Source: Ruminococcus sp.
Lineage (GTDB): Bacteria > Bacillota > Clostridia > Oscillospirales > Acutalibacteraceae
NCBI GenBank assembly: GCA_017457955.1
Contig: JAFTGL010000008.1
Location: 36,068-100,067, forward strand
Length of the DNA: 64,000 nucleotides
Reading direction: 5' to 3'
Below the pieces are notes generated by a model. That model was not told the origin of the DNA. It saw only the letters and a program-made list of their open reading frames with translations, and ran no database searches. Both the position numbers and the translations under genes were made by a program. Shown piece after piece: positions 30,977 through 40,103 of the stretch (its first letter is position 1; each line of letters begins with the position of its first letter).

Positions 30977-31915
30977 TTAATATTCGCTCAACAAGCCGAT
31001 GTTATACATTTCCGCGGCGTTCAGACTCCCGTCATACGACGGATCGGCGTGATACCACGACTGCGCCTCATAGTAGGCGCGGATCTCAGGCGTGCGGAAG
31101 ATATAGCCGTTGCGGGCGAAGATCTCGTTGACAGCGTCCTGCGCGAAGCTGTCGGATACGGGATTGCCGCTTAAACTGCTCAGGGTCGACGCGATTTCGT
31201 CCTGTGAGAGATAGCGAGAGGACGAGTCGGGGAAGATGAAGCTGCCGGATGGTGTGGCGGGCTTCTCCTCGCCATCGTCCGTTTTGCTCTCGGTCTCCTT
31301 CGGCTTGCTTTCGGTCGGCGCTTCGCTCGGCTTTTCGGTCGCGGGCGGAAGCGTCGCGGCTGAGGTCGGCATTTCTACGATCCCGCCTACGGTAACGGCG
31401 CAGGATGCTTCTATACCGTTTTCGCTCTTGCAGATGATCTTTGCTTCGCCCTGTGCGACGGCAGTGACGTAGCCGTCGGGGTCGACGGTCACGATATCTT
31501 CGTCGCTGCTTTCCCAGCTCAGCTTGTGGCTGGACGCGTCGGCGGGCGTGTAGGACGCGGAAAGCTGGATAGTCTTGCCGACCTCGACGCGGACGCTCGA
31601 CGCCGACAGCGAGATACCCGTGATCAGCTTATCTGCAACCGTGACAGTGCAGGTCGCTGTCTCGCCGTTCTCCAGCGCGGCGGTGATGACCGCCGTGCCT
31701 GCCGATTTCGCGTTGACCGTACCGCCGATGACGGTGGCGATCTTATCGTCGCTGCTCGTCCAGTTGACCTTGACCGCGTCTCCCGCGGACAGCTCAGCGC
31801 TGTCTCCGACGGTCATGCTCAGCTCGGTCTGATCGAGGGCAAGCGGCGCCTTGCCGCAAGCCGTCACGGCGACGGCGAACAGCAGTACCAATAATAATGC
31901 GATTACTTTTTTCAT
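30977..31915 (-). CDS. Lipoprotein with two Big_2 Ig-like domains and a C-terminal YARHG-like domain
   Basis: Lipobox VTAC; WTSSDDKIATV / WESSDEDIVTV; NEIFARNGYIF...WY. Confidence 0.8.
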   Translation of the reverse strand: MKKVIALLLVLLFAVAVTACGKAPLALDQTELSMTVGDSAELSAGDAVKVNWTSSDDKIATVIGGTVNAKSAGTAVITAALENGETATCTVTVADKLITGISLSASSVRVEVGKTIQLSASYTPADASSHKLSWESSDEDIVTVDPDGYVTAVAQGEAKIICKSENGIEASCAVTVGGIVEMPTSAATLPPATEKPSEAPTESKPKETESKTDDGEEKPATPSGSFIFPDSSSRYLSQDEIASTLSSLSGNPVSDSFAQDAVNEIFARNGYIFRTPEIRAYYEAQSWYHADPSYDGSLNAAEMYNIGLLSEY

Positions 31916-31967
31916 GATTTCCTCCGAAAGATCCGATTCCGCAAATATCTACCCTTGATATTTATGT

Positions 31968-32345
31968 TCAGCTGTTATGCGCTGTCATGCCTTTTTGGAT
32001 GGCTTCCCGCTCGGCGCACAGCTCCTTATATAATTCATAGGATGTGAAGCCCATATTGGTATCGGTCTGTATCGCTTTGAGGGGGATGGTGAGTTTTTTG
32101 CGCCGCAGCTGATCTAAAAACAGGTTCAGCATGCCGCCCCTCAGTCCCGCGATATACAGCATTTCGCCGTCGAAGTCCTCGCCGTCTCTTGCGGTGTTGT
32201 CCTCTGTCAGCCCGAGCAGAAAGCCCAGCGGATAACCGTATTCATGCTTTTCCACACTGCGCGCGGCGATATTCATTTTGCGGCACAGCATCTTCAGCTT
32301 CGCGTCTTTTTCGGGGATGAGATTGTATATCAGGACCTCGCTCAT
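31968..32345 (-). CDS. DUF3783-like protein
   Basis: LNLFLDQLRRKKLTIPLKAIQTDTNMGFTSYELYKELCAEREA. Confidence 0.7.
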   Translation of the reverse strand: MSEVLIYNLIPEKDAKLKMLCRKMNIAARSVEKHEYGYPLGFLLGLTEDNTARDGEDFDGEMLYIAGLRGGMLNLFLDQLRRKKLTIPLKAIQTDTNMGFTSYELYKELCAEREAIQKGMTAHNS

Positions 32346-32535
32346 ACCGACCCTTCTTCCTTCTTTACAATATGTACATAATTTATTCATCAATATTTTA
32401 CCATATTCCGCCGATTATTGCAAATATGTAATTCCCTTGTTGTTGACATCTTTTTACAGATTCATTATAATTACAATAGAGAATTATACACGATTTAATT
32501 CGGAAGGCATATCGAGAAAGAAATCGGGTGATCCT

Positions 32536-35500
32536 ATGCATAATCATTCAAATAAAGCATTGTCTTTGCTGATGGCGCTGCTGATAGCGGTATCCGTCCT
32601 GAGTGTCCCCGCAACTGCTGCTGAGCTGACGGACGGGGAAGAAGCTGCTGTCGCCGAGGTCGGCGCGGGCGCTCCGACGATCACCGCGATCGAGTCAACC
32701 GCGGACGGCTTACAGATCAGCTGGAACGCTTTAAGCGGCGTTGCGGGCTATCGCGTGTACCGCTGGTATGACGACGGACGCGGTTGGGTCAGACTGCAGG
32801 ATCTTTCCGCCCTGACCTATACGGACAAAAGTGTTACCTCGGGAAAAACCTACCGCTACCGACTGGTCGGCATCAATACCGCGGGCAATGTCGTGACTGA
32901 TTCCGTGACGCAGTCGGCGACCTATCACTCTCCCGCGCTGATCAACAACGCGGAGACGACCGCGGACGGAATACGCATCTACTGGCAAAAGCCCGATGAC
33001 GCCGCTAAGACGGCGGTTTTGAGATGGAACGGCAGCAGATGGCAGCAGATCGCGACCGCTGACGGCAGTTCGTATCTTGACAAGGACGTATCTTACGGCA
33101 ATGAGTATCGCTACACCGTCAGAGGACTGACGAGCGGCGGCGCTTTTACCGATGATGAATATGACGAGAACGGCTATGCGTTCAGCTATCTGGCGACGCC
33201 TGTTGCCCGCGTCGAAAATGCCGCGGGCGGCGTGAATATCAGCTGGAACAAGGTCGAAGGCGCCGTGGGCTACCGCGTATTTTACCGCGGCTCAGGCGGC
33301 TGGTCGCGTCTGGCCACGACCGATTCCACCTCTTTCCTTGATGAGGATGTGCGCTCTGGCAATTCTTACACCTACACCGTGCGCTGTATCACCGCCGACG
33401 GCGAGCACTACAACAGCTATTTTGATACCTCCGGCAAGAGCGTCAAGTATATCGCCGCGCCGGCTTTGACCTCTGCGGAGAGTATCGTAGGCGGCGTGAA
33501 GATCTCATGGAAGGCGAGCGCGGGCGCTGACGGCTACCGCGTGTTCTACCGCAATTCTGCAGGCGGCTGGACGCGTCTTGGGACGACTTCCGCGACTTCG
33601 ATCGTCGACACTGACGTGCGCGCGGGAAGCTCATATACTTATACTGTTCGCTGTATCAATACGGCGGATGAATATATCAGCTCTTTTTACGGCGCGGGTA
33701 TCAGCTGTACCTATCTCAGCGCACCCGAATTCACCGTTTCAAACGGCGCCGAGGGCGTCGAAATCCGCTGGAACGCCGTGAGCGGCGCCGAAAAATACCG
33801 CGTGTATTACTACGGCAGCAGAGGCTGGACAAAGCTCGCCGATACGACCGAACCTTCCTTCACGGATACGGATGTCGAATCCAATTATACGTATACCTAC
33901 ACCGTGCGCTGTATCAGCGCGGACGGCACCGCGTTCACCAGCGGTTATCTCGCGGGCAAGAGCGTCAAATATATTGCCGCGCCGAAGATCACATCGCTGT
34001 CGGGCGACAAAGACGGCGTGCAGATCACATGGGAAGCCGTCGCGGGCGCTCAGAAGTACAGAGTCTATTACTACGGCGCGAACAGCTGGACAAGGCTGAC
34101 CGATACCGCCGCAACCTCGTATTATGATGACAACGTTTCGTCGGGTTACAGCTACACCTATACCGTCCGCTGTATCAACGCGGCGGGCAACGCGTTCATG
34201 AGCTATTTCAAGCCGGGCGTATCGCTGAAATTCATTTCCGCGCCCGATTTCAAGCTGACGCAAAACGACAAGAGCATCACTGTCAGCTGGGATAAGGTCG
34301 AGGGCGCGGAGCTGTACCGCGTCTATCTCAAAAAGGACGGCACATGGAAGAAGCTCGCCGACACTACACAGACTTCCTTTGAGCACACTGCCATCACCTC
34401 CGGCGAGACCTACACCTACACCGTACGCTGTCTGAACGCGGCAGGCAACGCCTTTACCTCCGACTTCCGCGAAGGCAAGAGCCTGAAATATGTGGAGACG
34501 CCGCGGTTTGCGGGCACAGCCAATACGGCCGACGGCGTTCAGATCTCATGGCACGCTGTCCCGGGCGCGGCAAAATACCGCGTGTATTACAAAAACGGCA
34601 GCGGCTGGACAAAGATAGACGACACCACCGATACGACTTATGTGCATACTGCCGCTGTTTCGGGCACGACCTACACCTACACGGTGCGCTGTATCAACGC
34701 GGCTGGCAACGCCTTTGAGTCATCCTACGACAGCACGGGCACGACGATCCATTACATCGCCGCCCCCCGCAATCTGAAAGCGGAAAGCGAGAGGAACGCG
34801 ATCAGGATCAGCTGGACCGCTTCACAAGGCGCGGCAAAATATCGCGTCTACTATATGGGCAGCGGCGGCTGGAAGCGCCTGACCGAGACGACCGATACCT
34901 CCGTGACCGACTCCGATATCGTTTCGGGCTATACTTATACCTACACGGTGCGCTGTGTTTCCGCTGATGGGAACAGCTTTACCTCTGACTTCAACCATGA
35001 CGGCGTCGCCTGCAAATATACCGTTACCCCGACGCTCAAGCCCCTCGAGGTGACCAAGGACGGTATCAATATCTCATGGAGCGCTTCAAAGGGCGCGGAG
35101 AAATACCGTGTGTACTACTACGGCTCCAAGGGCTGGACAAAGATGGCGGAGACCACCTCCACCTCTTACCTCGATACCGACGTTTCCTCGGGCTATACCT
35201 ACCGCTATACCGTGCGGTGTATTACGGAAGATGGTACGAAATTCACCTCCGACTGCGACACCGAGGGCGTGAAGATTTATTATGTCGCCGCGCCGAAGCT
35301 GCTCAGCACGGATACCGACTCCGGCTATCTGAACTTTACGTGGACAAAGCCCAACGGTGCTTCAAAGTACCGTGTTTACAGAAGGATCAGCGGTTCATGG
35401 AGACGTCTGGCCGAGACCACGTCCAACAGCTTCACCGATTACGATGTGTACACAGGCGAGACCTATATCTACACCGTCCGCGTCGTCAGCTCCGACGGCG

Positions 35501-36063
35501 AGACATTCCTCAGCAGCTTTGATCCCGACGGTTTTATCATTACGGTCACTGCGAATGTGACGCCCGTCACTCCCTCGGGGGATTTCGTCTACTACGATCA
35601 GGGTGCGTACAACTACCCCTACGGCGACGATACCATCGCCTACTCGGGCTGCGGTCCGACGTGCTTTGCGATGGTCGCGTCCACGCTCACGGGCAAGACC
35701 ATCACCCCGATCGACGCGGTCAAGTGGTGCGGCAACAAATATTATGTCGATAACGTCGGCACAAGGTGGGATTACTTCGCCGCCGCGTCCAACCAGTTCG
35801 GCGTTAAGCTGGTGACGGATTACAACTCGTCCCAGTTCGATTCCGTCATCACCGCTTTGAAGCAGGGCAAATATGTCATCAGCTCCCAGAGCGCGGGTAT
35901 TTTCACCAGAGGAGGTCACTTCATCGTCCTCGCGGGCATCACCTCTGCGGGCAAGATCATCGTCTATGATCCCAACGGCGGCAATCACTATGTCGGTACT
36001 GCGTTCACCCGCGGTGACATCACCGCCTCGGGCACCCATTACTGGGTCTTTGACAAGAAATAA
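32536..36063 (+). CDS. Large secreted protein: eleven Fn3-like repeats plus C-terminal C39-like cysteine peptidase
   Basis: Signal peptide; 11 repeats; YYDQ...SGCGPTCFAM, GGHFIVL, VYDPN catalytic motifs. Confidence 0.85.
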   Translation: MHNHSNKALSLLMALLIAVSVLSVPATAAELTDGEEAAVAEVGAGAPTITAIESTADGLQISWNALSGVAGYRVYRWYDDGRGWVRLQDLSALTYTDKSVTSGKTYRYRLVGINTAGNVVTDSVTQSATYHSPALINNAETTADGIRIYWQKPDDAAKTAVLRWNGSRWQQIATADGSSYLDKDVSYGNEYRYTVRGLTSGGAFTDDEYDENGYAFSYLATPVARVENAAGGVNISWNKVEGAVGYRVFYRGSGGWSRLATTDSTSFLDEDVRSGNSYTYTVRCITADGEHYNSYFDTSGKSVKYIAAPALTSAESIVGGVKISWKASAGADGYRVFYRNSAGGWTRLGTTSATSIVDTDVRAGSSYTYTVRCINTADEYISSFYGAGISCTYLSAPEFTVSNGAEGVEIRWNAVSGAEKYRVYYYGSRGWTKLADTTEPSFTDTDVESNYTYTYTVRCISADGTAFTSGYLAGKSVKYIAAPKITSLSGDKDGVQITWEAVAGAQKYRVYYYGANSWTRLTDTAATSYYDDNVSSGYSYTYTVRCINAAGNAFMSYFKPGVSLKFISAPDFKLTQNDKSITVSWDKVEGAELYRVYLKKDGTWKKLADTTQTSFEHTAITSGETYTYTVRCLNAAGNAFTSDFREGKSLKYVETPRFAGTANTADGVQISWHAVPGAAKYRVYYKNGSGWTKIDDTTDTTYVHTAAVSGTTYTYTVRCINAAGNAFESSYDSTGTTIHYIAAPRNLKAESERNAIRISWTASQGAAKYRVYYMGSGGWKRLTETTDTSVTDSDIVSGYTYTYTVRCVSADGNSFTSDFNHDGVACKYTVTPTLKPLEVTKDGINISWSASKGAEKYRVYYYGSKGWTKMAETTSTSYLDTDVSSGYTYRYTVRCITEDGTKFTSDCDTEGVKIYYVAAPKLLSTDTDSGYLNFTWTKPNGASKYRVYRRISGSWRRLAETTSNSFTDYDVYTGETYIYTVRVVSSDGETFLSSFDPDGFIITVTANVTPVTPSGDFVYYDQGAYNYPYGDDTIAYSGCGPTCFAMVASTLTGKTITPIDAVKWCGNKYYVDNVGTRWDYFAAASNQFGVKLVTDYNSSQFDSVITALKQGKYVISSQSAGIFTRGGHFIVLAGITSAGKIIVYDPNGGNHYVGTAFTRGDITASGTHYWVFDKK

Positions 36064-36070
36064 AGGCAAC

Positions 36071-36105
36071 AAAACACCGCCGGAGCGTAACTGCTCCGGC
36101 GGTTT
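36071..36105. terminator. Terminator between convergent genes
   Basis: ACCGCCGGAGC-GTAACT-GCTCCGGCGGT hairpin. Confidence 0.7.
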
Positions 36106-36117
36106 GCTGTAAGGAGA

Positions 36118-36813
36118 TCATGCGTTTTTGATGAATTCACCGATCGCCCGGATCGAGCGTTCGGCGGCGGTCACGCGGAACTGCATGAAGTCCACGAACT
36201 CGTTGTTGTTGAAGTCGTCCGAGATACTGCGCAGGATGGCGAAGGGTACATCATTGCGGTAACAGACGCAGCCGACCGCCGCGCCTTCCATCTCGCACGC
36301 GAGCGCGCCGAACAGGTCGGCGATCCGCTGACGGCGTTCATGCGCCGCGACAAAGGTGTCGCCCGAGGCGATCCTTCCGCGGAACACACCGATACCTTTG
36401 ATCGTTTTGCACGCGGCGTATAGCTTGTCGGCAGTTGCCTTGTCGGCGGGGATGTCGATGCGCTTTTCATCGTTGAACCAGATCTCGCCGGGCGGGTCGC
36501 CCATCTCGGTGCCGTCCATGTCGTGCTGGACGCAGTCGTCGGAGACAACGATGTCGCCGATACGAATATTCCCCGACAGAGAGCCTGCGATACCGCTGTT
36601 GACGATCACGTCGGGATGATACAGATCGATCATGATCTGGGTGCTCATCGCGGCGTTGACCTTGCCGATGCCGCACTCACAGCACACGACCTCTTTGCCG
36701 CCGATATCGCCCTTGATATAAGTGATCTTTGCGGCGGTCGTTTCTTCTTTGTTTTCCATCATGTTGACAATGCCCTCGACCTCGATCGCGAGAGCGCAGA
36801 TAAAGCCTATCAT
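36118..36813 (-). CDS. mtnN: 5'-methylthioadenosine/S-adenosylhomocysteine nucleosidase
   Basis: GIGKVNAA, SGIAGS, SGDTF, EMEGAA, RSISD. Confidence 0.92.
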   Translation of the reverse strand: MIGFICALAIEVEGIVNMMENKEETTAAKITYIKGDIGGKEVVCCECGIGKVNAAMSTQIMIDLYHPDVIVNSGIAGSLSGNIRIGDIVVSDDCVQHDMDGTEMGDPPGEIWFNDEKRIDIPADKATADKLYAACKTIKGIGVFRGRIASGDTFVAAHERRQRIADLFGALACEMEGAAVGCVCYRNDVPFAILRSISDDFNNNEFVDFMQFRVTAAERSIRAIGEFIKNA

Positions 36814-36830
36814 ATAAAACCTCCTGTATT

Positions 36831-36986
36831 AATGAGGAATTAGGAGTTAGGAATTAGGAATGAAAGGAAACTCTTCGAGTTTTGGGTTCCTGTTTCTGGT
36901 GTTGCGGGTGCACTCGGTATCTATATAAAATGGGTGTGGGCGAAGCCCGCCATCAATTCCTCATTCCTCATTTCTAATTCCTGATT
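36831..36986. repeat. Inverted arrays of AAT(T/G)AGG-type heptamers
   Basis: aatgagg aattagg agttagg aattagg aatg on + strand and the reverse-complement array at 36955-36986. Confidence 0.75.
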
Positions 36987-37714
36987 TATTCCAAGTTTCC
37001 CGTCAGAAGCATCGCCGCGCACAGCGCCGCGATCGGGGCTGTCTGAGCGCGCAGAATACGCTTGCCCAGCGTCGCGACTTTCACGCCGCTGTGACTCAGC
37101 AGGTCGATCTCTTCCTGCTCAAAGCCGCCCTCGGCTCCTGTGATCAGCGCGATATTGCCGCACTTTTCGGGAATGATATCCCTGAGCCTGTCGCCGCCGC
37201 ATTCATAGAATACCAGTGCCGTATCGGTATCTGCAACGGCTTTCGGTATGTCGCTGAGAGCGATACAGGGATTGACATGCGGCTTGATCCCGCGCCGCGA
37301 CTGCTGTGCCGCGTTGTCGGCGATCTTCTGCCAACGGGTGATCTTTTTGTGCATGCTCTTTTCGTCGGGGCGTGAGATACACCTTGCCGACAAAAACGGC
37401 GTGATCTCATACACGCCCAGCTCGACCGCTTTCTGCACCACGTCGTCGATCTTGTCGCCCTTCATCAGCGCGATATACAGGCTGACTTTCACGTCGGGCT
37501 CCTGTTCGCAAACGGTGGAGCTGAGGATATGCACGGTCACGTCGTCGTGCGTAATTTGTGTGATCTCGCACTCATGCCGTCTGCCGTCGGGGGTACAGAG
37601 CGTCAGCCCCTCGCCGACCTTCATCCTCAGTGATCGCGAGATATGCGCCGCGTCCTCGCCCGTGACGGTGTAATATTCGGTTGTGATATTATCGTTCGAG
37701 AAAAACCAAGCCAT
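36986..37714 (-). CDS. rsmE: 16S rRNA m3U1498 methyltransferase
   Basis: HISRSLRM, QKAVELGV, AAQQSRR, GAEGGF, LGKRILRAQTA. Confidence 0.92.
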   Translation of the reverse strand: MAWFFSNDNITTEYYTVTGEDAAHISRSLRMKVGEGLTLCTPDGRRHECEITQITHDDVTVHILSSTVCEQEPDVKVSLYIALMKGDKIDDVVQKAVELGVYEITPFLSARCISRPDEKSMHKKITRWQKIADNAAQQSRRGIKPHVNPCIALSDIPKAVADTDTALVFYECGGDRLRDIIPEKCGNIALITGAEGGFEQEEIDLLSHSGVKVATLGKRILRAQTAPIAALCAAMLLTGNLE

Positions 37715-37827
37715 CCTATCACCCTGTCGGAATTTGTAAACAAATTCTAACAAATTCTGCGGAAGATTGCAATAGGGGAGAGATGGGTTTATAATATAGA
37801 TACATCCTGAATATATGGGAGGTCATC

Positions 37828-38361
37828 ATGAAAACATCAGAATTACTGGAGCTCTTCGCTCAGGAAAATATACGGGAAGAAGATCTGCCGCAGCTGCTGG
37901 TCGACGCGCTGACAAAGAAAAAGAAGCGTATCGCCACCGCTGAGAGCTGTACGGGCGGCATGATCTCCGCGGCGATTACCTCGGTCAGCGGCGCGAGCGG
38001 CGTGTTCGACTGCGGCGTTTGTTCCTACGCGAACCATATCAAGCACAAGGTCATCGGCGTGAGGGACGAGACTCTCTCCACCTACGGCGCGGTGTCCGAC
38101 AAGACCGCCGCTGAGATGGCGCGCGGCGTCAGACTCCTTGCGGGAGCGGATATCGGTATCTCCACGACAGGGATCGCGGGACCTCTGGGCGGAACGCCCT
38201 ATAAGCCCGTCGGGTTGGTCTATATCGGCGTCAGCACCGATATGGGGCTGAAAACGGAGAAGATGCTCCTCGGCGCGAACAATGCCGACCGCGAGCGTAT
38301 CCGCCGGCTTGCGACCGCTGCCGCGCTGTACTTCGCGCTGAAAGAAACGGAAAAGCTGTAA
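37828..38361 (+). CDS. CinA C-terminal / nicotinamide-nucleotide amidohydrolase (PncC-like)
   Basis: ATAESCTGG, YGAVS, TTGIAGP, KPVGLVYI. Confidence 0.9.
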   Translation: MKTSELLELFAQENIREEDLPQLLVDALTKKKKRIATAESCTGGMISAAITSVSGASGVFDCGVCSYANHIKHKVIGVRDETLSTYGAVSDKTAAEMARGVRLLAGADIGISTTGIAGPLGGTPYKPVGLVYIGVSTDMGLKTEKMLLGANNADRERIRRLATAAALYFALKETEKL

Positions 38362-38599
38362 AGTGAAAAGGCAATGCGCCCGATCTGAAAAATCGCAGGG
38401 GGTATTTTCTTATCCTCTTTGTCAAAAATTATCCAAAACGCTCCTGTCAGGGGCGTTTTTCCTTGTGATTTTGCTGAGGATTTTTGCAAAAAAGGTTGTA
38501 TTTTAGCTATCGGTATGTTAAAATATTTAAGAATAATATCGGATATTATGCTCAGTCTGAGCGATCTGATAAAAATTTAATATGACAGGAGTTGAAATT

Positions 38600-40102
38600 A
38601 TGGCAAGAGTTTCCGGTGTACTCATGCCCATTACCTCTCTGCCGTCGCCTTACGGAATAGGCACCATCGGTAAAGAGGCAAGGAAATTCGCAGATTTTCT
38701 GAAAGCCGCGGGTCAGACGATTTGGCAGATCCTGCCGGTCGGCCCGACCAGCTACGGCGACAGCCCCTACCAGAGCTTTTCTACTTACGCGGGCAACCCG
38801 TACATGATAGACCTCGATACGCTTGTGAGCGAAGGTCTGTTGACCAAAGCCCAGATCAAAAAATTCTACTGGGGCGAAAATGACGAAGAGATCGACTACG
38901 GCGCTATCTATTACAGCCGCTTTGAGGTGCTGAAGATCGCGTATGAGAAGTTTAAAGAGGGCGACCAAAAAGCCTTTAACTCCTTTAAGAGAAAGAACGC
39001 CAAGTGGGTCAAGGACTATGCCCTGTACATGTCCGTCAAGCTCTATTTCGACAACAAGGCTTGGCCCGATTGGGAGGATGAGAGCATCCGTATCCGCGAC
39101 CCGAAAGCCATCAACCGCTATACCCGCAAATTCCGTAAGGAGATCGACTTCTGGAAGTGGGTACAGTTCAAGTTCTATGAGCAGTGGGAAGCCTTCCGTG
39201 CATATGTCAACGGTCTGGGCATCAAGATCTTAGGCGATATGCCGATCTACGTCGCGATGGACTCCGCCGATACATGGGCGAACCCCGACGTTTTCTGGCT
39301 GGACGAAGAGCGTCAGCCCGTCTGCGTTGCCGGCTGCCCGCCCGATTACTTCTCCGAGACCGGTCAGCTCTGGGGCAACCCGCTGTATAACTGGAACTAT
39401 CTCAAGGAGAACGGCTATGAGTGGTGGATGAACCGCATCGCCGCCGCGGACAAGCTCTTTGACATCACCCGTATCGACCATTTCCGCGCGTTCGATACCT
39501 ACTACGCCATCCCCTTCGGCGCTGAGAACGCGATCAACGGCGAGTGGATGGAGGGTCCCGGTATCGACTTCTTCAACGTCATGCGTGAAAAGCTGGGTGA
39601 TATCCAGATCGTCGCGGAGGATCTCGGCGAGCTGTTCGACAGCGTCAAGCAGCTGCTGGATGACAGCGGCTATCCGGGCATGAAGGTGCTCGAATTCGCC
39701 TTTGCCGACGACGAGACCAACAACTTCCTGCCGCACAACTACACCGAGAACTGTGTAGTATATACCGGTACGCACGACAACGACACCGTCATGGGCTGGT
39801 ACGCGCAGGCAGAAGGCTGGGAGAAAGAGCACTGCAACAAGTATCTCGGTGATTTCGTCGGCATGAAGTACGGTGACGAGGTCAACTGGAAGTTCATCGA
39901 AGCAGCTTATAAAAGCGTCGCGGATTACGCGATCATCCAGATGCAGGATATCTTAGGCTTAGGCAGTGAGGCGCGTATCAACGTTCCCTCGACGCTGGGC
40001 AACAACTGGGTATGGCGTATCAAGGCTGACGCTCTGAATAAAGATATTGCCGCAAGGCTCAAAAACTTAGCAATAACATATCATCGTTTGGAGGAAAACT
40101 AA
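38600..40102 (+). CDS. malQ: 4-alpha-glucanotransferase (amylomaltase, GH77)
   Basis: WQILPVGP, SPYQS, GQLWGNP, RIDHFR, AEDLG, YTGTHDN. Confidence 0.95.
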   Translation: MARVSGVLMPITSLPSPYGIGTIGKEARKFADFLKAAGQTIWQILPVGPTSYGDSPYQSFSTYAGNPYMIDLDTLVSEGLLTKAQIKKFYWGENDEEIDYGAIYYSRFEVLKIAYEKFKEGDQKAFNSFKRKNAKWVKDYALYMSVKLYFDNKAWPDWEDESIRIRDPKAINRYTRKFRKEIDFWKWVQFKFYEQWEAFRAYVNGLGIKILGDMPIYVAMDSADTWANPDVFWLDEERQPVCVAGCPPDYFSETGQLWGNPLYNWNYLKENGYEWWMNRIAAADKLFDITRIDHFRAFDTYYAIPFGAENAINGEWMEGPGIDFFNVMREKLGDIQIVAEDLGELFDSVKQLLDDSGYPGMKVLEFAFADDETNNFLPHNYTENCVVYTGTHDNDTVMGWYAQAEGWEKEHCNKYLGDFVGMKYGDEVNWKFIEAAYKSVADYAIIQMQDILGLGSEARINVPSTLGNNWVWRIKADALNKDIAARLKNLAITYHRLEEN

Positions 40103-40103
40103 T

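Noticed and set aside
32278-32535. Upstream extensions of ORF-track starts (also 498, 12887, 24539, 27952, 45121, 47840, 48089)
   Set aside because: Downstream starts have better RBS, signal peptides or family N-termini; extensions run through promoters or neighbouring genes
27985-36063. Repeats as CRISPR array or DGR template/variable repeats
   Set aside because: Repeats are in-frame protein domains of about 280 bp; no spacers, cas genes or reverse transcriptase in the window
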